From the NCBI GenBank assembly GCA_040954595.2, contig CM082579.2:4832879-4896878 (forward strand): 64,000 nt of DNA, read 5' to 3'. Shown piece by piece: positions 53,568 through 63,114 of the stretch; within the stretch, counting starts at the first letter, position 1; each line of letters begins with the position of its first letter. Under the pieces are notes generated by a model, which worked only from the letters and a program-made list of their open reading frames with translations, was not told the DNA's origin and did no database searches. Both the position numbers and the translations under genes were made by a program. Source of the stretch: Balanoglossus misakiensis (taxonomy: Eukaryota; Animalia; Hemichordata).

Positions 53568-56363
53568 ATGGACAGTACAACAGCCGATCAGGCGGGATGT
53601 GTAACCTGTACAAATTGTACCACACTCGTGCTGATAAGTGTTTTTGCCACGGCTGCGACGTCAGTGGTGCTCTGCCTGCTCGTCTTCTGCTGTTACCTGA
53701 GAAGGCACAGGTCTGAACGAGTGTTGAACGTCAATGACGAGGAAGGCGTGATCGCTACTACCCTGGAGGAGACGGGACACGTTGCGGTGGAATCCCAGAA
53801 GCCGCTTCCCGGCGCACGTGGCCGCATGAACACCGCGTTCGAAGGGGAGGACGAGTCTTCCAAAACGATGGTGGCTTTGGTGAGCGAGAGGAGATGCGAC
53901 GATACGGGCAGAGACGAATCTCGGGCCAAATCCAATACTTATGTCAATTTGACTGACGTGAAGCGCGATATTGTGGGACGTGAGACCTTGAGAAAAATTG
54001 AACTGAACGAAAAAGAGGCAGCGGCAGGTGGGAAAATGGTGGAACCCGACTCGGTCGTCAAAACTGAGCTGTCGGAAACAATGGCGCTCGTGACAATCCT
54101 CGGTGAATTCGGTAATGGCCAGGAAGGGTCGGAAAGACCTGCTTCAGAAGAGGTTCGTGGTAACGAAATTAAGCGCACAAAGATCAAAAGGCAGGTTAGC
54201 TTTCCCAGTGAGCTGATCCAGAAAGACGAGGAGGCTCAGAAATCGGCGCAGGCTGCGGAGAAGAACTTCAGTAAAGGCGGCGACGCGTTGGAAAGCCCTG
54301 GCCGAGAAACGACCGACCAAGAACAGCCCGTTGAGACTGAAACCGCGGGCAGTGCGAAGGATGGACGGACCAGTGTTTCCAGCGTCGCAGACATGGTGCG
54401 CATGGAAGAGGAACGTGTGAAATCGAGGAAGAGTCAAGGCGGGATCTTCGTTGCAGACGAGGACCAAGATGAGCAGGCGGACAGCGGGATCGACGATGAA
54501 AACCGAGTTAAAAAGAGCAGCCCCAATGAACAAATTGGAAGCGAGGTTACTGTGATAATCCAGGGTGCGGATGAAGACGCAGGCTCCAAAACGACCCCTT
54601 CTTCAGAATCCGGTCACGTGACGCCCGAGCAACCCACAGAAACCGAACCAGTGGCAACTGTAGAGTTAAGGCCTTTGCCGACACCTCCGTCTGTTGCTGA
54701 ATCTGAGAATAATCTGATATCTGCGGTTACAGACGAGGGAGCCGCCGATCAGGCTGACCGGAAGCAGGGGTACGTGAACCTAGATTGCAGGGAGCAAGAA
54801 ACAGACACTAATCAGGACGATGCTCTGTATGACCCCCTGGATAGCCTGTCGGAGGACGATGAGGTTTTCAAATCTCCTGCTGGGGCAACAGACGAGACAG
54901 CCGTCGAGCCCTGTGGAGAGTTTTACGAAGACATCGACATCGACTTGCTTCCCGGCGGGAATGCAGACGAGCGCAAATCAGAGAAATCGAAAAAGGGGGA
55001 AAAGACTGACAAGAAGGGGACGCCGAAGGAATCGAAGAAGAAAAGCAAGAAGGAAAAACGCAAATCACGCTCATCAAAATCAGAAGACGAGAAAGGGTCG
55101 GGTGAGGAGGAACAAATCAAAGTCAGAATTCAGGATCGGCCATTGCCGTCAATAGAGGGCGCGGCTCCCAGCAACCAGGCTGGCGAAGTCTATGACGGAC
55201 TGCAGAGCGATCAGGACGCCGGAGAATACACGCAGTTGGACCGTAGATCGATGATAGCCGAGGGCGGGGAGCTTTACGACGAGCCTATTAAAATACAGAC
55301 TGAACTTGGAAACCAGAGTGGCACCATCACTGACCCTGGCCACATTCCCTTCATGGACACGGCTTCAGAAAGTTCCAGCGGCGACGATATGATTTACGAA
55401 ACGATCGACGCATCGGTCGTCCTCGTCAACAAGAACCGAATCAAAATCGTCGATATGCCGACCGCGTTGGGTGGGACAGCGCCAGCCAGGGACGATACAA
55501 CTCCTCCAAAGGGCCGCGGTGTCTCCGTTAGACGCAATTTCCAGGTGAACCGTCCTGATGATGATGGTACAGATTTGGGGAAAATCAACGTGGCCTCGAT
55601 GATCGGATTATACGAAGTCAAACCAGATATCTCAGACAGCAGTCACGATTACATTAACACGGGGAAGCTAACCAACCCATCGAAGAAACCGCCAATCCCA
55701 GAGGGTAGACGTAGTCTGCACGAGGCGGGCCCAGCAGTCGACACCGCCTCGACATCTCAAACACATGTTCCGGCGAGTGGCTCGCTCAAGACGAAGATAC
55801 AAACCCCGTCCCCATACACCAGTAAAGATTCTACGCCAAAATTCGGATCTACGGTACAGCCAAGTAAGAAAGTTCTCGTCATAGATAAAACTGACAGAAC
55901 CACGCCATCATCCGAACATGTAACGAATGAAAAGGGGCCTGGCTTGACGCGACAAGCTCCCGAAAATGCTGAGCCAGGCGGCAACCTAAGCCACGGCGCT
56001 GCGCCCGCCAGACAGCAAACGCCTCAGAAGGACACATCTCCGCCCAAAGGGAAGTTTTCCAGGCGGAAACAGAAAGACGAGGATTTAGAAAGCATACAAT
56101 ACATCAGCGTGGCGGCTTTGATCGGCGGCTTCGATAAGAAGCCGGGCGGAGACCATCGCGACGCGGATCGCCCGGGCGCGGGCAAGAATCTCGACAAGCT
56201 CGGCAGCAGCGCCAGCACCGTCGGCCGGCAAGATTCTGAGATTTCGCCGGTGAAGCGGTCTCGTCCGGTGAGCAGCGTCTGGCCCCAGGCATCCACGGTG
56301 TCTCGCGTCACCGAAGGCGGGAAAAGGCCGACAAGCGTTGTCATCATAGAGAAAGACAAGTGA
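53568..56363 (+). CDS. Type III single-pass transmembrane adaptor-like protein, paralog 1 (931 aa, ITAM-bearing)
   Basis: An uninterrupted 2.8-kb ORF preceded by a polypyrimidine tract and CAG acceptor at 53560. Short Cys-rich N-terminus (CVTCTNC), TM LVLISVFATAATSVVLCLLVFCC, basic YLRRHR, then an acidic disordered tail with YVNL x2, YDPL, YEDI, YDGL-x8-YTQL, YDEP, YETI and YIN. Confidence 0.88.
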   Translation: MDSTTADQAGCVTCTNCTTLVLISVFATAATSVVLCLLVFCCYLRRHRSERVLNVNDEEGVIATTLEETGHVAVESQKPLPGARGRMNTAFEGEDESSKTMVALVSERRCDDTGRDESRAKSNTYVNLTDVKRDIVGRETLRKIELNEKEAAAGGKMVEPDSVVKTELSETMALVTILGEFGNGQEGSERPASEEVRGNEIKRTKIKRQVSFPSELIQKDEEAQKSAQAAEKNFSKGGDALESPGRETTDQEQPVETETAGSAKDGRTSVSSVADMVRMEEERVKSRKSQGGIFVADEDQDEQADSGIDDENRVKKSSPNEQIGSEVTVIIQGADEDAGSKTTPSSESGHVTPEQPTETEPVATVELRPLPTPPSVAESENNLISAVTDEGAADQADRKQGYVNLDCREQETDTNQDDALYDPLDSLSEDDEVFKSPAGATDETAVEPCGEFYEDIDIDLLPGGNADERKSEKSKKGEKTDKKGTPKESKKKSKKEKRKSRSSKSEDEKGSGEEEQIKVRIQDRPLPSIEGAAPSNQAGEVYDGLQSDQDAGEYTQLDRRSMIAEGGELYDEPIKIQTELGNQSGTITDPGHIPFMDTASESSSGDDMIYETIDASVVLVNKNRIKIVDMPTALGGTAPARDDTTPPKGRGVSVRRNFQVNRPDDDGTDLGKINVASMIGLYEVKPDISDSSHDYINTGKLTNPSKKPPIPEGRRSLHEAGPAVDTASTSQTHVPASGSLKTKIQTPSPYTSKDSTPKFGSTVQPSKKVLVIDKTDRTTPSSEHVTNEKGPGLTRQAPENAEPGGNLSHGAAPARQQTPQKDTSPPKGKFSRRKQKDEDLESIQYISVAALIGGFDKKPGGDHRDADRPGAGKNLDKLGSSASTVGRQDSEISPVKRSRPVSSVWPQASTVSRVTEGGKRPTSVVIIEKDK

Positions 56364-58873
56364 GCGGAGAACTGCGCTTCAAATGTCTGAATCATAGATC
56401 TGTATTCATGCCTGCCTGGGGGAAAATCCCACAAAGGCGGCCATGTTTCAATGTTTTTCAAAAATCGACCAATTTGTCACTAAATTTACTACATAAGTAA
56501 CATAAATATTAAGATGTTATAAACTTATAGTTGCCATGACAGGATGAGACAAGAAAAATATAAAATTAAGACGTCAATCGGTCGAAAAATTGAGCAAAAT
56601 TTGTTCAATCACTATGGACTGCAGGCGGACTGTGTGCCTGCATTAATATATGACAGGTCTAGCTTCATACACATGTTATATTCATTGTACTACTTAAAAT
56701 GACGTGTTTTTTCGTAGCTCTTTTACAATGTTATCTACCATGAAACAGTTACAATATTCTGATATTTTGAAACGTGCATACCAGATACGTTTTTTATCAA
56801 ATAAGATGAATATATAATGCCTTATAACTTGCCTATAATAACCGTAAAAGTAACACCAGAAGTCTTATTAAAAGGTGGCTTCAATGAAAGTCCATTGAGT
56901 AATTTGAAATCTTAATTTTTCTCTATAAAACATTTTATTCCATTTAGATCTAGCATTCAGGAAAAATATAAAGAGTGAACCTTGAGCCTATATTACTGTA
57001 CAATGTACACCCGTCCTTTTTCTTAAATTTCCGAATTCCATTTCCCCGTATCAAAGTCGAAACAAAACAAAATCGTTTTGAATAGGAAACCGAGACACAC
57101 TCACGGGTACAAATGTACTCGGCCGGATATCAATTCGGTCTGCGACTTTCTTCACTTCATTAAATGAACTTGTTGGAACGAAGAATCAAGTATCAAGCAG
57201 GAGTAAGTGGGGGGCGGTTACGTTTTACCTGACAGACCGGGGGCGGACCCCGATTGCCTCTGGCCCACTCCTCCCACAATAAATGAACGTGCACAGCCGG
57301 GGTAGAAGGATACTTCTAATTGTGTGTAATGAGTCTGTAGTGAGGACTTTGAATGGAAATGGATCTGTGATATATTGGTGTGCTGGTCACACGTCATTAT
57401 GTATCTCTCCAAAATGTGCAACCACATGTAATGTCCAGTCACTGTGGAGTTTACTAATTTAATAAATACACATCTTAAACCGTCTTCTGTCTGCCTCCAT
57501 GTATATCTTGAGTTAAGTGCAGTGAGTCGACACTAATCGTGGACGAAATTAAAGAAACTCCAAGATCAATCTGTCTTTGGTCTTTCTTGTTTTTTCTTCC
57601 TCCCATAAATGTGACGCCATATAGTAGTCTACTGTATTCAGTATTAGATGCTCGACCAATTCACACAAACTTTACCTTTGGCGTTAGACAGCTGCTACAT
57701 TTTCCTCGTTCTTGAAATGCCTTCACGTTTCTTTTCAATTTATCATGTGTAAACACGATGAAGAGGGTTTCTACTGTTTGTCCCAAGGACGAACGTTAAA
57801 AGTAGCCTGAGCTGACTTACCGACGTGTATAGAGAAGTCTGGTCGCTATATTCAAGAATCCCTGACTCCTACTCAAAAGTCACACATCCCGATCAATGGA
57901 AATGCTTGGAAGGCATTGAGGATTTCGAGTTGAAAAATACAACACGAGACACCGACTTCCAATATATGGCACACAGGAATCACGGGGCCTGGCGACTGCC
58001 ATTTTTTCTGCGCACGCGCCATATTGGACCCTGGTCATTCTGTAAGGACTACAGTCACGGGAGAAACTGGCCATGCGTATAGAACAGAACATTATTCAGT
58101 TCTGACACAACGGTAGAGTTTACGTTCATTCCTCAGTAAAACAGCCTACCCACCACCGACATTCGGATATCTGCAGCTGTGTGCATCCAAGTCGTTTGCT
58201 CGGAAAGGTGAGTTTTCTCATCAGCGAAGCAAGTAGTCCAGGTGCATGGTATAGCCAAGCTAGTACCCTCCCTCTACAAAAGGCCTCTTGCGCAATTTGC
58301 GAACCCAGACTCACTTTCACTTTTATCAACCCATAAGTTGCGACAACGCTGTGTGTCTTGAAGCAAACTCGCACAACTAATATATCACAATGCAAATTGT
58401 AAAAAAAGTAGTAGATATATTCGGTGGACAACTTTGATGTAGTTCTCGAATCATTGTGTGCTGAGGCGTTACTGTAAACAATGGTGAGCTATGATATCTT
58501 ATACATCATGCCATAGCAAGCTTTATGTGTTGGCCTATTACCTATTGAAAAATGGTGCCGTGTCGTGCACGGAGCAATGTCCGTTGTAACACGCGGACAA
58601 TGGGTTTGCATAATGCTTCTTGAGTACAACGATGTTGGTTCTGCCCTGCTTTGAATATTTCTCTGAGATGTTTGCCATAAAAAGGCGAAATGCGTTCTTG
58701 CTTTGTGCGTTCGTTTAGTCAGGTTTTATCGCAGTATTTATTTTCATTTCGTTGCACGTTGGCTGCTCTCAATGATTACTATCTCTCTCTCTCTCAGGCA
58801 AGGTGAACTAGAGGCCACAAAGTGAACACGGACCTATCACGACATCATTTATCCGCTAATTGAGGTTGTCGTC

Positions 58874-60688
58874 ATGGAATTAACAACACACACAGCATTG
58901 GCAGGGAGAACGCCGTTTGATTGTTTGGAACGCTGTACCTTGATTATCTGTCTTAGTGTAGGTGTCAGTGTTCTGGTGGCGGTGCTGCTTTGTGTCGTCA
59001 TTTTCAATTTATACCTGCGACGCATCTATGCCACATTCGAGAGGACGTTGGATACAGTTCGCCGAGTGAGGAACAACACGCTGTTGATGAGTATTGGTCG
59101 AGGAAATACGAAGTGTGAGTTCGGTGGCGTTGCTGTCAGGAGACCGATTGCGGCCGAGGTGGATACGGGGGCGGGTCCTGGTCGCCGTGACCACCGCAAA
59201 AGAACAACCAAAACGGAGCGTTACGAAAACTGGGTTGTTTGTGGGCGTGAAACACTGGGCGTTGAAAACACAGGTGGTAAACAATCACATGAGAACAAGG
59301 CCTATGTGTCCGGAGACGATTCGGCAGTAGTGGAGGAACGCGGACGGCTTGGCCTCCAAGCTTCGGCTACAACGGTACCACGTAAAACCCATGGCACTGC
59401 GGTTGCACCGTCTGCGGGAGACACGCAAGACGATGTTCCAAGCGGGGGGGAATCGGTTCCGCAAAAGAAATCTGCTGATTCTGCAGAAGAGGACGACAAG
59501 ATGAGAGCGCGCAGTTTGGCAGCTGAAATTCACGATCGCCGCCCGCCATCCCCTGATGGGGACGACACTTCCCTCGAAGCGGAGGACGACTACACAGGTA
59601 TACAGCCGGAAGCTAGAGACTACACGAAGTTGGATCGTACTACCATGATAACACGAGGCGGCGAGTCTCAGAAGAGGCGAAGGGGATATGCAGATCTGAA
59701 GCCCGGACACCCGGATGTCGCGAACACTGCTGCACGTGCAGTTGAGAGAAAGAGTCAGTTGAGCGATACAACTGGGGCGTCGGTTGAGGCCACGAAGAAA
59801 GCACCCTCGCGGTCGACTTTCGCACAAGACGATGATATGGAAATCAAAATAAACATAGCGGACATGATTGGAGTATACGACGCCAAGAGCTGTCGTCCCC
59901 ACCCTTCCCAGAAGTCTCTGTTGATGGAGCCGATGAGCACAGACGGTGCAGCCAACACGAAAGCCATGAAAAGCCCGGGCTTCCGAGCAAGCTTTGATCT
60001 TGCCGACGAAACATCAGGTTCCGTATCTCGGAAGGGTAAAGCCAGTGATCACCAAAAGAGCGACGCCGCAAATCAAAACATACCTGCGCCAAAAGCGGGG
60101 CTTACCCAACAGCCAACCAAGAGCGCTCTCTTCCCGAAAAGGAGCGAAAGTAGCCGTCGAGACGAACACGGTTCGCGAGAAGTCAAAATAGTGGGTTCGC
60201 GGGACGTCCAAAAAGTGGGTTCGCCGAAAGCCAAAGGAGGCCCCGACGATTTCAAGAAGGGAAGTTACAGCCTACCAGCAGAGAGTGTGGCAACAGCGGA
60301 CACTGCGACCGTGACGTCGACAGGTCGAAGACATATGTCGAGGATGTCATCACTGAGGAAGAAATTATCCTTGCGAAAACAGAGAGGCGGGAAAGAGGAT
60401 AACTTAGACGGGTTAAAGAGCGTAAATGTGTCAGCACTAATAGGGGGCTTCGACAAGAAGACCGGTCGCAAGGGGCGCTGCTACGAGGTGAACGGTCCAA
60501 GTAAGCGTTCTCCAACTGAGATCAGAAACGGCGGCAGTGCCATCGACGGACAGTTTTCATCGATTCCATCAAAAGAGAATGTTCGCCCAATGAGTACCGC
60601 CTTGCCAGTGACATCTTCTAATGCCAGTCAGAGACAAGGGCGGCCTGTTTCAAAACCAATAAACGTGTTCATTATAGACAAGAAGTAA
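58874..60688 (+). CDS. Type III single-pass transmembrane adaptor-like protein, paralog 2 (604 aa, ITAM-bearing)
   Basis: An uninterrupted 1.8-kb ORF with a (CT)n-CAG acceptor at 58797 and an in-frame TGA at 58823 upstream of the ATG. TM LIICLSVGVSVLVAVLLCVVIF followed by YLRR; YTGI-x6-YTKL. It shares GRETL, KIN[IV]AxMIG, ALIGGFDKK and a C-terminal VxII[DE]K block with paralog 1. Confidence 0.87.
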   Translation: MELTTHTALAGRTPFDCLERCTLIICLSVGVSVLVAVLLCVVIFNLYLRRIYATFERTLDTVRRVRNNTLLMSIGRGNTKCEFGGVAVRRPIAAEVDTGAGPGRRDHRKRTTKTERYENWVVCGRETLGVENTGGKQSHENKAYVSGDDSAVVEERGRLGLQASATTVPRKTHGTAVAPSAGDTQDDVPSGGESVPQKKSADSAEEDDKMRARSLAAEIHDRRPPSPDGDDTSLEAEDDYTGIQPEARDYTKLDRTTMITRGGESQKRRRGYADLKPGHPDVANTAARAVERKSQLSDTTGASVEATKKAPSRSTFAQDDDMEIKINIADMIGVYDAKSCRPHPSQKSLLMEPMSTDGAANTKAMKSPGFRASFDLADETSGSVSRKGKASDHQKSDAANQNIPAPKAGLTQQPTKSALFPKRSESSRRDEHGSREVKIVGSRDVQKVGSPKAKGGPDDFKKGSYSLPAESVATADTATVTSTGRRHMSRMSSLRKKLSLRKQRGGKEDNLDGLKSVNVSALIGGFDKKTGRKGRCYEVNGPSKRSPTEIRNGGSAIDGQFSSIPSKENVRPMSTALPVTSSNASQRQGRPVSKPINVFIIDKK

Positions 60689-63114
60689 CCCAGATGCAAC
60701 CTGGGAAAATCACAGAGACTTAAATTTACGTACTAAGCATGCTTCGTGAGAGGACATATTGACTAACCTATTCTGTGATATTTTTTAAGCATTTGACATT
60801 CAATGAATCATGTCTTTCAAAATTGGTGTTAACATGGGGGTGTGGTTTAATTAACATTTTCTCAGTTTCTCGTTTTGACCCGTTTTTGTTGTTTCATAAA
60901 CAGTGCGGCGGGACGACAGTTATACAATGTACCTTTTTAAGAAATTTCCCTAAATCCGCCCTTTAAGAAACAAAAACAAACTGATAGACAGACAGAAAGA
61001 CACTTTCGGTAGGCCTGCTATACACAAGGGCTGAAATGCTCGCCATGTCCCTAAGGAAAAGTGAAGATTTCTCGCAACTAGAGTCCTAGCTCAGATACAA
61101 AGAGAAATCTTGCTCTAATTGTCTGGACCCTCACTGGATAGACACAGATTCGCCAGTTGGCATTTGTACAGATGTCACCTCGCCCTTAAAAGAAAGCGCA
61201 CAGGTCATGTGACCGTCTAATAGTAGATGTAACTATTTGCTTTGGGGAAACAGCCCTTATATTTTCTATAAAAAAAAACGACTCGTTCTCAGTCGACGCT
61301 ATGAGCATGGAGCGTGTTATTCGAAAGTTTTATTCCAACACAAGATAGCACGGGAATTCCCCAAGACCAAACTCCGCTTGTCTATGGACTGAGGCAGGTC
61401 ACCCAAAGTGCTAACTTCGCCTCTGAAATGCACATTTAGGGTTCAGGCAACTTTTCTATTCGGGGCGTGTAACGAAATACTCTAAGAGACGCTGCTGTTG
61501 TTTTTTTCCTCCCTGTTTCCGCGTTCTTTTCTTTCAAACCCCTGCTTTCAATCATCTATTGATTCCAACGCGTCCCCGCCTCACCTTTCTTTGATCTATG
61601 AAGAATACCAGTGCGCATGACCAAAAAGTCAATCAAACAACCAGACCATGACAATGGTAAGAAGAGCCCACCTGGAAGAAAGGTATATTTGTATTTGTAT
61701 AAAGCAAATCGAACTGTCACTGCTTTGCTATTGGTTCAAGTAGTCACCCTCCCGAAGGATTTCCTCAAAGGAAACAACTATCTCTCTGAAGACGTCGGTA
61801 TAAGAACAAGAGCGTCCGAAACAGAACGCAGCGGACGACCGATGTTGTTGAGGCGGAAATTTCTTGATGCCACGGTGAGTTAGTCCTACTATTTTGATTA
61901 AAATATACATTTTGACCAGAAATTCTTTTCATTCGAATATCCATTGCAAGTGAGACCACGGTCACTCCATGGTGAGACATTGTAGGCCTAGTGTGTTCTA
62001 AAACTGACCAGGTCCGTTGTTTTCACCTACTGAGTACCCTATATAATTCCGGTCATCGTTATACAAAAACAAACAGGGCTGGCGATTAACACCCAGCCAG
62101 AGCATCGCAACTCTTATGTGATGTGATGAAATACGAGATATTATACATGTACATCATTTGTAAACGGTGGAGTTGTGAAAGAAAATGTTACGGGTAAAGG
62201 CAATTGCGCCGAGCCGCACAGCGCCGACAGGTGTGGTCGTAGTTTCAGTTCAGAGCGGGTGTTGTGACTAGCGCCCGAAAACTCACGCCACGGTCTCGCG
62301 TTATGAACTCGAATGGTAATCACGCTGGCATGTCGTGAAAACGCATGACTCCTTCGTGGCGTGCAAGCTTACAGGACCCCAGACAATAGGTTTACTTTTA
62401 AAGGGTTCTTAGATATTCAGAAACTCTTTCGGGGCCGAAAATTTGAAACATTCGAGATGAATCGCACATAAAAACTAGATGGTTCAATCACGTGACGAAT
62501 TTCTAACATGGCGGAAGTAGCAAGTTTACTCGGAACTAAGCTCTTTCAACGGGCCACGGCCAGAGTGACTGTAAACGGGCACACAATCAAATGTTTTCAC
62601 GTCAGTACAAATAATGGCGTATAAGCTAACCCGGTGACCTTCTGTCAAAGCTCGACTGCGCTCCAGCACAATTGGTCACAGCCACACAAAACAAAATCGA
62701 TCTGAACAAAACTGCTGTCAAAAGAAAAGTAACCTGTGACCGAATACAGGTACGCTCAGCCGACTTCCTTATGGGCCGACGTTTATTGAAGGTTGATATC
62801 CACTGTTGTCGGTTTAAGACCTGAACTCAATCTGACATCTGATTTTCCAGTTGATCCATTAAAAAACGCTGGACAAATAAGGCCCAGTGATCATTTGGCT
62901 AAACAGTACCGAGACATTCTGACCCAGTTTTGTGTTGGTGTTCTACAAAGGCTATGTGTGATGCATGTCGTTGCGAGGGCGAAAATTGTCGACGTCGACA
63001 GCTTTAAAATTGTTTTGCGTAGCTTTCTTCATTTGCGATTGAACTCGACTGTTTGGGGATTTTTTTTTACAGACTAGATATCAAGTTACCTTGGCTACAC
63101 CAGTGAAATAAACT

